IMG/VR virus record: IMGVR_UViG_3300004369_000010
Location: 1-64,000 of that record
Strand: one strand, 5' to 3'
DNA from: a virus
DNA length: 64,000 nucleotides
The position numbers and the translations under genes are program-made. Of this stretch, positions 38,679-48,008 are shown in pieces. The notes under the pieces are model-generated. The model was not told the DNA's origin and did no database searches. It was given only the letters and a program-made list of their open reading frames with translations. Position 1 is the first letter of the stretch, and the number at the start of each line of letters is the position of its first letter.

Positions 38679-39983
38679 TCAGACGATAATAGCCGCCCGC
38701 TTTCTCTGAGGCAACCCTAGACCAGCAAGAAAAGTAAAGGCACTAACCGCCGAGTCAACTTGGTCATCATGATTAGCGGCTTCTGGGAAGGAAGCAAACT
38801 CATCCATCCATTCCGTCAACCAATGCCCTCTAACGACTCGCACATTTCCGTTCGCAACCGCTGCCGCAAAAGGACGCGCCCTGGTTAGCTTGTCTCCAGT
38901 GGATCGGATACCACTGAAATCGTACCCTGGTACGACATAACGGGCGTATTGGTCGCAAAGCGCCTTACCAGATGATCCTGGTTCCTGTTCCATTCGAATA
39001 GAAACAGCCGGTCCATCTTCGTAGGCGGTTTGGGCTATTAGTTGTTCAACTTTGTCACCTTTAGCACGTATTTTTTTTACATCTAAGATATAAGCAATTC
39101 CTTGGTCAAACAGCATGAGGGTCCCGACAGTCCAGTCAGGATCAGGATTGCTCTGAGAAGGTTCAGTGGCCGCCAAGTCCCAAAACCGTACAATTCGGGC
39201 AGAAGAACTGATCTGGGGAACCTCGTGACCGTCAATGATGATAAAAGACTCCCGCTCGAAGAGCGATCCAAGTGTCGTTGACCACCAATCACCTTCCTCT
39301 AGACGGCGGCGCTCAACCGGATCCAAGGCTTGCAGGGACTGTCGATAGGATTCAGCGTCAATACCTGGGTTGTCGGTCAGTTTAGAGGGTACAAAAATTC
39401 TGCCGGTGGAATGTCCTTCCACGATGAAGCGTTGTCGAACCCAGTTGGGGGCTGGGTTTGAGGCAGCCCTCATGCGCAGTGGCACCTTGGCTAACGGTCC
39501 GGATGCTGGACGGCGAAGTCGAGAGAATAGGTAACGATAATCGTTCTCCCGTATTTCTGTAACTTCATCCATGCCTATGAATTGAAATTCAGCACCCTTA
39601 TATCGAAGATAGTCCTGGCTGTTGTTCAAATATCCGAATGAAATACGAGCTCCCGATGGAAACATGGCTGTATAATTATTCGCGTTCCATCTAATATCAT
39701 CATACTGAGCAACCCACGACTGAAAGCGATCCATGATCGCTCCAGGGAGTGCCAGGTCTGCATAAGTGCGACGGAAAAGAATAGCCGAATAACCAGGCGT
39801 GTCAACAAACTGCAATGCCGCCATAAGGAGAGCACTTGACTTGCCACCACCAGCGGCACCCCCAAACAAAGCCTCCAAAGAATTTGTCCTCAGAAACACT
39901 TTTTGAGTGACGGATGCTTCCTCTGGACAAAATAAAGGTTTCTTGGGTTCCAGAAATTCTAAAACCTGTTTCCAGTCAGCCAT
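38679..39983 (-). CDS. terL: Terminase large subunit
   Basis: GGAAGGGKS Walker A, FIGMDEVTE Walker B, ASNP, nuclease RFWDLAAT and HDDQVDSA. Confidence 0.93.
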   Translation of the reverse strand: MADWKQVLEFLEPKKPLFCPEEASVTQKVFLRTNSLEALFGGAAGGGKSSALLMAALQFVDTPGYSAILFRRTYADLALPGAIMDRFQSWVAQYDDIRWNANNYTAMFPSGARISFGYLNNSQDYLRYKGAEFQFIGMDEVTEIRENDYRYLFSRLRRPASGPLAKVPLRMRAASNPAPNWVRQRFIVEGHSTGRIFVPSKLTDNPGIDAESYRQSLQALDPVERRRLEEGDWWSTTLGSLFERESFIIIDGHEVPQISSSARIVRFWDLAATEPSQSNPDPDWTVGTLMLFDQGIAYILDVKKIRAKGDKVEQLIAQTAYEDGPAVSIRMEQEPGSSGKALCDQYARYVVPGYDFSGIRSTGDKLTRARPFAAAVANGNVRVVRGHWLTEWMDEFASFPEAANHDDQVDSAVSAFTFLAGLGLPQRKRAAIIV

Positions 39984-40039
39984 AAGCCCTCCGGTTTACA
40001 CAATTAGGTTAGTATAAATCTAGAAAGATGAGGTAGACG

Positions 40040-40240
40040 TTGAAACGACTGGCAAATCGGACACGAAAAACAGCTTTTTGGATCAAAAATCGCAATTGGC
40101 GAGGTATAACCGCCAATATCATGATGCTTTCATTTATAATTTTTACATCGGTTGGTGCGGCTTTGCTGTTGCCTGCCGCAGGTTTTATAACCGCAGGCAT
40201 TGCTTGTGGCATGTTCGGCTACCTACTGGGGTCTGATTAA
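40040..40240 (+). CDS. Small membrane protein upstream of the portal
   Basis: Two hydrophobic helices; stop lies 2 nt before the portal ATG. Confidence 0.55.
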   Translation: MKRLANRTRKTAFWIKNRNWRGITANIMMLSFIIFTSVGAALLLPAAGFITAGIACGMFGYLLGSD

Positions 40241-40242
40241 AG

Positions 40243-42483
40243 ATGGCATGGAACTCTCGGCAGACCAAGAACCTCGGTAGCGACACCAGTTCAAAAGCGA
40301 TGCCACTAGGTCCTGGAGCGCCAGTATCCGTAAACACGGGTCTAGCAGGTCGTGCCTATCGTGACTCCTGGGATATTGAACGCGCATATCGCGAGGGTAT
40401 GCAAAAGGTTGTCTGGGTAAATCGATGCATTGATGCAATCGCTGGAAACCAAGCCCGACTTCCAATGATCCTCCGTAAGGACAACAGCCCAAACGGTCAA
40501 GTAATAGATCGCAAACATGCCCTACTAGACATCTTCAACTCAAAAGCCAATATTGGCGAAAACGCTTTCGTCTTCCGATACAGAGTTTCCAGCCAGTTAC
40601 TTATGTCATCTCGTGGCGTTTTTATTGAAAAAGTCTACGGACGCGATGGTGGAATCATCGCACTAAACCTGCTACCACCACAGCACACATCGCCAATCCC
40701 AGATCCAAAGCGTTTCGTTGCTGGATACCAGGTTGATCTCCCCTCTGGACACAAGCAAATCGTCAAAGCCGAAGATGTGGTGTGGATTCGTCGTCCACAC
40801 CCGTTAGATCCGTACCTATCTCTTACGCCCATGGAATCAGCGGGTATTGCAATTGAGATTGAAAACCTGGCTCGGATCTACAACCGAAACTTCCTTCTCA
40901 ACGATGGTCGGCCTGGAGGACTACTCGTTCTCCGAGGTGAAATTGACGACGACGATAAAGACGAACTCAAGAGCCGTTTTAGAGGAAACCTCAATCGGGC
41001 TGGTTCCGTATCGGTTATCTCATCAGACGACGGCGCTGATTTCATTGACACCGCTTCCAACCCCAGAGATGCCGCCTATGTACAAATGCGTCAACTCACC
41101 AAGGAAGAAATCCTCGCAGCTTTCGGTGTACCCGAATCGGTAATTGGCAACGCATCTGGTCGAACATTCTCAAACGCCAATGAAGAAATGCGTGTCTTTT
41201 GGATGGAAACCATGATGCCCCATCTGGAGCCAATCGCGCGAGCCTATGATGAACTTGACCCCAAGTACTACATTGATTTCGATACCAGTGATGTTCCAAT
41301 CCTGATCATGGCCAAACAGGAGCGGGAACGCTACCTCATGGACGAATTCAACAATGGTCTAATTTCAGCAAACGAATATCGTGAAGGTAGCGGGCGCAAA
41401 ACGCTTGACTCCGAAATTGCCGATCAACTACTCAATAGCCCACAATTGGTTCCAATTGCCAACACAGAAAAACCTTTCAGTATTGAAGAGCAAACCCCCA
41501 TTGCTGAGGCAGGAGCAATACCTGGCGGGCCAGATCAAATGCCCCCCAGAGGAGAACAAGCACCTCCCCCTGGCCCTGGCGGTGAACCAGGTGGCCCAGG
41601 AACAGCGCCTGGCGGTAGCCCCACCTCACCAGCCGCCGAAACACCCGCTACCGCAATTGAACCAGTTCCCGAAGGTCAACTATCTGCTGGCTACGGTGGC
41701 ATAGAAACCAAAACTGCTGATACAGCGGCTTACTACGATGAATGGGACACGAAGGCCGAACAAAGCGTAGATCGTTGGACAGAGATCCTGGATGCGTCAC
41801 TTGAACGAATCTTTCAGCGTCAGCAACGGGTAGTTCTTGAAAAGGCTTTTGGCGCAAAAGCACGCAAGGCGATGAAGGACAACTCACTCACTGTTGAAAC
41901 AGTCTTTGACATTGACGCATGGAATCGTCAGTTGCGAGATGACATCACGCCAGTGATCAACGGAATCATCGCTGATGCGTCCGAAAATGTTTCGTTAGAA
42001 GCCAAAATGGACTCAACGCCCGATCCAGTTGAAGCGGCTGAATATGTTGAGTCTCAAATGACTCGCATGGAAAAAGTGAACGAAACCACCAAGGAAGAAA
42101 TCTCTGCAGCTCTTCTCGTCGCTATGGCGCTCGGCGCAGAGGAAGACGAACAGAGGAACAGTCTTCTTCGAGCAGCGCTAGCAGCAATCTTCGCCAACCT
42201 TCTCGGTAAGAGGCGCCGCATTATTGCCGAACACGAATCATCAACGGCTTTCAATGCTGGAACATATCTTGCTGGTCGGCAAATTGGCTCTTTGTCAAAG
42301 CGTTGGGTTAGCCGACGAGATGAACGTGTACGCGACGCTCACCGTGTTCTAAACGGCCAAAAGGTTGGATTGACAGAAACCTTCAATGTTGGTGGTTTTC
42401 CTCTCCGCTTTCCTGGTGATCCCTTGGCTCCGCCGTCGCTCACCATCAACTGCCGTTGCCGTCTACGGTTCACTAATGACTAA
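40243..42483 (+). CDS. Portal protein (HK97-type) fused to a MuF (Mu gpF) head morphogenesis domain
   Basis: Portal motifs FLLNDGRPGG, EILAAFGVPESVIG, ISANEYR; Pro/Gly linker; MuF motifs KRWVSRRDERVRDAH...FPGDP...INCRC. Confidence 0.9.
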   Translation: MAWNSRQTKNLGSDTSSKAMPLGPGAPVSVNTGLAGRAYRDSWDIERAYREGMQKVVWVNRCIDAIAGNQARLPMILRKDNSPNGQVIDRKHALLDIFNSKANIGENAFVFRYRVSSQLLMSSRGVFIEKVYGRDGGIIALNLLPPQHTSPIPDPKRFVAGYQVDLPSGHKQIVKAEDVVWIRRPHPLDPYLSLTPMESAGIAIEIENLARIYNRNFLLNDGRPGGLLVLRGEIDDDDKDELKSRFRGNLNRAGSVSVISSDDGADFIDTASNPRDAAYVQMRQLTKEEILAAFGVPESVIGNASGRTFSNANEEMRVFWMETMMPHLEPIARAYDELDPKYYIDFDTSDVPILIMAKQERERYLMDEFNNGLISANEYREGSGRKTLDSEIADQLLNSPQLVPIANTEKPFSIEEQTPIAEAGAIPGGPDQMPPRGEQAPPPGPGGEPGGPGTAPGGSPTSPAAETPATAIEPVPEGQLSAGYGGIETKTADTAAYYDEWDTKAEQSVDRWTEILDASLERIFQRQQRVVLEKAFGAKARKAMKDNSLTVETVFDIDAWNRQLRDDITPVINGIIADASENVSLEAKMDSTPDPVEAAEYVESQMTRMEKVNETTKEEISAALLVAMALGAEEDEQRNSLLRAALAAIFANLLGKRRRIIAEHESSTAFNAGTYLAGRQIGSLSKRWVSRRDERVRDAHRVLNGQKVGLTETFNVGGFPLRFPGDPLAPPSLTINCRCRLRFTND

Positions 42484-44408
42484 TGGCCCCACGCAGACCT
42501 CTTCGTATAGAGCCGTACAATAACGATGCGGTAGATGCCGACAATGACGGCATCGTCCAAGAAGACACAGCCTGGGAACGCCCAGCAGGAACTCGCCTCC
42601 TTGATGCGCTAGGTCAAGCAATCCGCAACGGGATGACTTCCCAAAGTCGCCCATCGGGAATACGAGTCGTTGACCGAGACGGTAATCCTGTGGCCTACAA
42701 GCCACGAGCAACCCCGGTTGGCAAAACACCCAAACCTAGAAGTCCGCTTGGCCCCACATTGGGTGATAGGCAAAGAACTCTGGGAGAAATGATCCCGTCA
42801 CTAGGACAAACCATCGGCACTCTTGAAGATCGACGCAAGCCGAAACCAATCAGAGTCAGTCAGGAAGATGCCAAACCGCGTCAGGCTGAACCCCCAAGAA
42901 AGTTCACTGTTCCAACATTTACCGCGCCTCTGCTTGGCGAGCAACTCATGTCCAAACCTGGATTCACATCGAAAGATCTGTTTGATAAGGACACTGGACG
43001 GTACATCAAGGAACGACGCAAACTTCATCGTTCAATTGTTGGGTTTTATCTGCAGAAGGCAAAGCCCAGATCTCCAGAATCGCAAGAAGAAAAAACTGTT
43101 TGGTTTTTGGGTGGTGGCGCTGGTTCAGGTAAATCTAGCGCGATCAAGAGCGGCGCTATTGGTGTCCCGTCCGACCTGCTTCGCGTAGATCCAGACGAAA
43201 TAAAAGATTTCATTCCCGAATATCGCACATGGCTATCTGGTGGCGACGGACGAGCGGCAGAGTTCGTCCACGAAGAATCAAAACACATTTTTGAGCACAC
43301 CGTTCACGGTTTGGTGCAGCTCAACGCCGACTTTGTGTATGACACAACCGGTAATGGTTCTTACGACAAAATGGCAAAGAAGGTTCAAGACCTTCGGCGC
43401 AACGGCCATGTCATCAAAGCCCGATATATGACCATCAGCATTGACGAAGCGATTCGACGCGCAGAACTCCGTGAACAAACGACTGGCCGTCGTGTTCCAC
43501 GACATCAAATCATTCACAACCACCAAGAAGTATCCACCAATGTGATTCGTGGTATTGCTGACGGACTATTTGATGAACTTGAGTTATACGATAACGACGG
43601 ATCGCAACCAACAAAGATCCTTGAAGTTAAGAATGGCAAAGTCAAGATCCTTGACCCGCAAGCCGTTGACCGATTCATGGCGAAATCCCCTTCGTTGAGT
43701 CGATCCCCTGGCAAGACTCCAGCAGGAGTTCATGAAGATCTTGAAAAAGGAAAGTCAGCTTCCAATGTTCTGGGACAAACTTCCAGGGTCGATGCCAGAA
43801 CCGCGTGGGCTGGATACCTTGCAGATGACTACAAAGAAATGAACTATGTGCTTCGTGAAGGTGGAGACGGTCTATCCGACGAGGAATACAACGAGGTAGC
43901 ACAGAAAATCAACGATTTTGATGAGTACTTTGACCACGCAAGTTTTTCACTGATCCAGCCTGTGAAGGTGTACAGAGGAACTCAGGAATACCTTTCGGAT
44001 GACATTGATGTTTCTGAACTTGCCCCTGGTGAGGTGTACAAACTTTTATCCGCTCCTGAGATCGGAACCAAGTTTCGCGAAGATGCCTACTCCTCGGCTA
44101 CTGAAAGTCTTGATATTGCCGAAGACTTTGCACTCGGGAAGGCCGATGTGGAATCCCTGAGCTATTCGGAAGGGCCATCTATTCCCGTTGTGATGGAAAT
44201 TAATATTCCTCCCGGTCTCAGGATGCTTCCAGGAACCACATATGAGAAAGAAGTGATCCTTGAGCGGGAAACACGGTTCAAAGTTGTTGACTACATCACG
44301 CAATACACAGAAAGTGGCGATTCCTATCAGTTGTTGAAAGTTGTTGCAATTCCTCCTCGCAAAAAGCAACAGCCACTAGAACTAGCGGAGATTGATGATG
44401 ACTACTAA
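42483..44408 (+). CDS. Zeta-toxin-like P-loop kinase fused to an R-S-E ADP-ribosyltransferase (VIP2/Alt-like)
   Basis: Kinase motifs GGGAGSGKS, VDPDEIK, VYDTTG, TGRRVP; ART motifs VKVYRG, AYSSAT, YEKEVILERETRFKV; TAATG-coupled to portal-MuF. Confidence 0.85.
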   Translation: MAPRRPLRIEPYNNDAVDADNDGIVQEDTAWERPAGTRLLDALGQAIRNGMTSQSRPSGIRVVDRDGNPVAYKPRATPVGKTPKPRSPLGPTLGDRQRTLGEMIPSLGQTIGTLEDRRKPKPIRVSQEDAKPRQAEPPRKFTVPTFTAPLLGEQLMSKPGFTSKDLFDKDTGRYIKERRKLHRSIVGFYLQKAKPRSPESQEEKTVWFLGGGAGSGKSSAIKSGAIGVPSDLLRVDPDEIKDFIPEYRTWLSGGDGRAAEFVHEESKHIFEHTVHGLVQLNADFVYDTTGNGSYDKMAKKVQDLRRNGHVIKARYMTISIDEAIRRAELREQTTGRRVPRHQIIHNHQEVSTNVIRGIADGLFDELELYDNDGSQPTKILEVKNGKVKILDPQAVDRFMAKSPSLSRSPGKTPAGVHEDLEKGKSASNVLGQTSRVDARTAWAGYLADDYKEMNYVLREGGDGLSDEEYNEVAQKINDFDEYFDHASFSLIQPVKVYRGTQEYLSDDIDVSELAPGEVYKLLSAPEIGTKFREDAYSSATESLDIAEDFALGKADVESLSYSEGPSIPVVMEINIPPGLRMLPGTTYEKEVILERETRFKVVDYITQYTESGDSYQLLKVVAIPPRKKQQPLELAEIDDDY

Positions 44409-44679
44409 AAAAGATCCGCGCCAACCGCACCGCTATCATTTTTCACTAAGTGAACTAAAGCGCGATCGATCATCGGCGCCCTCATTTCAGCAACCGGTAT
44501 CACAGGACAGATTCCTTGACATGATGAAAGGCGACACGCCTATTACTCCAGGTAGTCAAGAAGAAACAGATATAAATCAAGCAAAAAACGGCGAAGTTAT
44601 ATTAGATAACATATGGACGCCTGGCGATACTTACACCACAGAAGAATGGCGAAAAAATTTGGATGATTCCCTTGACTAA
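44392..44679 (+). CDS. Hypothetical protein overlapping the toxin stop (candidate immunity protein)
   Basis: Small ORF with a GGAG RBS immediately after the toxin-like gene. Confidence 0.5.
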   Translation: MMMTTKKDPRQPHRYHFSLSELKRDRSSAPSFQQPVSQDRFLDMMKGDTPITPGSQEETDINQAKNGEVILDNIWTPGDTYTTEEWRKNLDDSLD

Positions 44680-44776
44680 CTAAAAACTTCGGTTAGTATG
44701 CATATCGCCACCCCCGCAGCTCGGGTCGCTCTAGGCTGCTGGAGGTGGCACTTCACTCTCTAACCGAAAGTTAATT

Positions 44777-45232
44777 ATGAAACAGTTACTAGCAAGCATC
44801 GGCTTCGTATCTATTATGGGAATTTCAGCGTGTGGTGGCGATACCGTATATGTAATTCAGGAACCCACAACAACAGTTCCCAAAAGCACAACAACAGTCA
44901 CTGAAGCGCCAGCAGAAACTCGACCCCCTGTGAGTTTGCCGTCTGGAGGCGGACACAACTCCAGTTACGATCCTGACGCCTACGACGACGCAATCTGGAG
45001 TGAAGCCAACGACTTCTGGTGGTTGTTCTCCACGGAACAACTCCTTCAGATGGGTTTGATTATCTGTGAAGAGTTTGACCGAGGGCAAACACTTGATCAG
45101 GTGACTGCCAGCATGGTTGAAATCCTCATCAATACCGGAACTGCTGACCTGATGGAAGGCACAGCCGTCATGATGGCCTCCGCGTTGTTCCACCTATGTC
45201 CCGAGCATAGTTGGTGGGTTTCCACCATCTAG
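44777..45232 (+). CDS. Lipoprotein with a DUF732-like domain
   Basis: Lipobox ISAC, Thr/Pro linker, GLIICEEFDRG...ASALFHLCPEH. Confidence 0.7.
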   Translation: MKQLLASIGFVSIMGISACGGDTVYVIQEPTTTVPKSTTTVTEAPAETRPPVSLPSGGGHNSSYDPDAYDDAIWSEANDFWWLFSTEQLLQMGLIICEEFDRGQTLDQVTASMVEILINTGTADLMEGTAVMMASALFHLCPEHSWWVSTI

Positions 45233-45293
45233 TAATGCTTGACATGATCAGTGAAATGTTGGATCATGTACGCACATAACTGAAGGGACGCTC

Positions 45294-45929
45294 ATGACAT
45301 TGACCTATGGGTCACTTTTCTCGGGAGTTGGCGGCTTTGACCTCGGCTTTGACCAGGCTGGCTACGAATGCCAATGGCAAGCCGAGTGGGATAAACACTG
45401 CCAACAAACACTCGCACACCATTGGCCCAACACCAAACTTTATGGCGATGTGCGTGAAATCTCCGGGAAAGAACTCACCCCCGTTGATGTGATCACCTAC
45501 GGATCGCCATGCCAGGATCTTTCCGTCGCAGGAAAACGAGCCGGTATTGAGGGCGGTCGATCCTCAATGTTCTTTGAAGCCACACGAATCATCCAAGAAA
45601 TGCGAGATGCAACACATGGAACCTATCCAAGAATCACTATTTGGGAAAATGTCCCCGGAGCTCTCAGTTCCAACAAAGGAGAAGACTTCCGGGCCGTCCT
45701 CCAAAAATTGGATGACATCGGGGCATTGGCGCAATGGTGGAGTGTCCTGGACGCACAATACTTCGGAGTCCCCCAAAGGCGTCGACGAGTGTTCGTCGTC
45801 TCTGTCTTTGATCCTGCAGTCGCAGAACGAGCCGGGTCTGGAGAAATATTCCCTCTCGGGGAAGGCCGCCGAAGGAATCTTAAGAAGAGCAACAAGACGA
45901 GGGAAGACTCTTCCTCCCCTCTTGGATGA
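45294..45929 (+). CDS. C5 cytosine DNA methyltransferase, N-terminal part (motifs I-VIII)
   Basis: SLFSGVGG, GSPCQDLS, WENVPG and PQRRRRVF. Confidence 0.92.
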   Translation: MTLTYGSLFSGVGGFDLGFDQAGYECQWQAEWDKHCQQTLAHHWPNTKLYGDVREISGKELTPVDVITYGSPCQDLSVAGKRAGIEGGRSSMFFEATRIIQEMRDATHGTYPRITIWENVPGALSSNKGEDFRAVLQKLDDIGALAQWWSVLDAQYFGVPQRRRRVFVVSVFDPAVAERAGSGEIFPLGEGRRRNLKKSNKTREDSSSPLG

Positions 45930-45975
45930 GGCGCTAAGAAATGTGGTGGACAAAGCGGCGGAGAGCCCAAAGTGA
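45547..45975 (+). CDS. Alternative-frame methyltransferase-associated subunit (M.EcoHK31I beta-like); start probably 45607 or 45616
   Basis: Nested in the +1 frame; ends SSLSLILQ...KYSLSGKAAEGILRRATRRGKTLPPLLDEAL. Confidence 0.6.
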   Translation: MRAVDPQCSLKPHESSKKCEMQHMEPIQESLFGKMSPELSVPTKEKTSGPSSKNWMTSGHWRNGGVSWTHNTSESPKGVDECSSSLSLILQSQNEPGLEKYSLSGKAAEGILRRATRRGKTLPPLLDEALRNVVDKAAESPK

Positions 45976-46855
45976 CTCTGATTTTGAAACTTGGATAGAG
46001 GGTGGGGTGTGTCCAACATTGAACGCATTTGATAACACTGGAGACAGCCGAGCCACCGTGCTTATCTTCACCGCCCAACGAGTCGGTGAACCTCCCCGAA
46101 TTTATGAAGATGTCACCCCTGCTTTGCTAAGCCGAATGGGAACTGGAGGGAATAACACTCCAATGATTGTTTTTAGTCATACGCAAGGTTTGGATGCTCA
46201 GCCGTCAGAAGTGGCTAGCCCAACACTTCGAAGCAATGGAGGTGGCATGGCTGTGGCCTACAACTTTGATGAATTTAACTTCACTGGTGGTGAAGAAGTT
46301 CATCACTCAATCCGTTCTGGGACACGACAGTCAACGGGTGTGGTTGTTTATCCTGATCCTGCTGGTTCCGGGATTGTTGACAATGATGGGATTACTGTGG
46401 TTGCTCCCATTCAGGATGGCCGTGATATAGATAAACATCAGAACGGTTTGGGTGTGGGTGGCGTTGGCGATCCTATGTACACCTTGGATACTACTGGCGG
46501 TCAGGCTGTTGCTATTGGGCATGATCCGATTGTGTTCACTCAGAATCAGCGTGATGAGGTTCGTGATTTGAACGGGGTTGCTGGCGGTTTGCAGGCATCT
46601 CAGGGTTCGCATCAAACTAATTATGTTGCAACTCAGGATGGTTCGGATCAAGCGGTTCGTACCACTGTGGTAAGAAGGTTGACTCCGGTTGAGTGTGAGC
46701 GTCTGATGGGTTGGCCTGATAATCACACTTTGTATCGTGCCGACGGTAAAACGAATAGTGATTCCACCCGATACAAGATGTGCGGTAATGGTGTTGCAAC
46801 ACCGGTTGCCCAATGGATCGCTGAGCAGATTAAACCGTTATTGGAGGAAAACTGA
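45941..46855 (+). CDS. C5 methyltransferase C-terminal part (TRD modules + motifs IX/X)
   Basis: Repeated PTL/PAL/YTL TRD-like segments; RRLTPVECERLMGWPD...RYKMCGNGV. Confidence 0.88.
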   Translation: MWWTKRRRAQSDSDFETWIEGGVCPTLNAFDNTGDSRATVLIFTAQRVGEPPRIYEDVTPALLSRMGTGGNNTPMIVFSHTQGLDAQPSEVASPTLRSNGGGMAVAYNFDEFNFTGGEEVHHSIRSGTRQSTGVVVYPDPAGSGIVDNDGITVVAPIQDGRDIDKHQNGLGVGGVGDPMYTLDTTGGQAVAIGHDPIVFTQNQRDEVRDLNGVAGGLQASQGSHQTNYVATQDGSDQAVRTTVVRRLTPVECERLMGWPDNHTLYRADGKTNSDSTRYKMCGNGVATPVAQWIAEQIKPLLEEN

Positions 46856-46935
46856 TGGGCGGCTGGGGATATCTATTGACCTTACCTGTTCTACTTGCAC
46901 TCATTCTTGTAGTCGGCTCTCTACACGATGATTAG
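46855..46935 (+). CDS. Tiny membrane peptide (26 aa)
   Basis: GGAGG RBS and TGATG coupling; MGGWGYLLTLPVLLALILVVGSLHDD. Confidence 0.45.
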   Translation: MGGWGYLLTLPVLLALILVVGSLHDD

Positions 46936-47023
46936 ATAAATCTAACCGACCGGGAGTTCTGTTATATAAAACTTTAAACAACCAACAACGAAACCCCCAA
47001 AAAAAAATTTTTGAGAGGACCCT

Positions 47024-47197
47024 ATGCACGAATTAGTATTTCAACCAACAAACAACATCAACAACCTCATTGAAACATTAAAAAACAGCGAACAAACAAT
47101 CTGCCACCAAGCAGCAAACATGCTCCAACAACTACAAACAGAACTAGCTCACACACAACACCAATACAAACAACTACAACAAAAACTCACTCAATGA
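47024..47197 (+). CDS. Hypothetical protein (57 aa, A+C-skewed)
   Basis: GAGGA RBS; ATGA overlap with the next gene. Confidence 0.5.
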   Translation: MHELVFQPTNNINNLIETLKNSEQTICHQAANMLQQLQTELAHTQHQYKQLQQKLTQ

Positions 47198-47970
47198 CCA
47201 GTTACCACGAAGCCACACAGCACTACACCCTACGATCCAACAACGCCCACAACGAACTACAACGCTGGCTCAACCTCCCCAACAAACAACCCGTCATCAA
47301 CACCCTCCAAAACCACAACAGCGAAATCTTCGAAAACCTCCAACCCAAAGACATACAACACGTCGTACAACACACCGAAAACGCCCTCGGACCATCATCC
47401 AGACGCATCGGAGAAACAGTCACACCCATCCGAGACTGGAACCCCAACTATGCGTTCAACCACGTACTACACCACGTAACCGCACAACTACAACACCTAC
47501 CCACCTGGCAAGAATTCCGAAACTACGCCTCCCAAGACCCCCACACCCGCACCATGCTCTGGGAACCAGCCCAACAAATCAGCCAACACGCCCACACCGC
47601 AGGCTGGACCACCACACACATCAAAAACGCCATGCAATGGCGCATCGGCAACGCCTACTACTCATTCATCCGAGAAGCCTACATCGTCGCCCAACTCAAC
47701 AACGCAGGACTCACCCCCAAATACCACCCACTCGTCGACTCCCTCTTCAAAGTAGACCTCTGGGTCAACAACACCAACATCAACCTCTACATCGGCAACC
47801 ACATCTACCGACACAACCAAACCGGACGCAAAACCACCTCCACACAACTCCTCAACGACGCCACACCCCCCTACAAAAACATAGACATCCAACTACCCAC
47901 ACAACACACCTACGGCAACGTACACCTACCAAAACAAGACGCCATCAACACCCTCCTCAACCAACTCTAA
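47194..47970 (+). CDS. Hypothetical protein, possibly a PD-(D/E)XK nuclease
   Basis: 258 aa; MQWRIGNAYYSFIRE...YHPLVDSLFKVDLWV; nearly all codons end in A or C. Confidence 0.55.
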   Translation: MTSYHEATQHYTLRSNNAHNELQRWLNLPNKQPVINTLQNHNSEIFENLQPKDIQHVVQHTENALGPSSRRIGETVTPIRDWNPNYAFNHVLHHVTAQLQHLPTWQEFRNYASQDPHTRTMLWEPAQQISQHAHTAGWTTTHIKNAMQWRIGNAYYSFIREAYIVAQLNNAGLTPKYHPLVDSLFKVDLWVNNTNINLYIGNHIYRHNQTGRKTTSTQLLNDATPPYKNIDIQLPTQHTYGNVHLPKQDAINTLLNQL

Positions 47971-48008
47971 AAAACAGCGGCCAACAAACAAAAACACCCC
48001 AACACACA

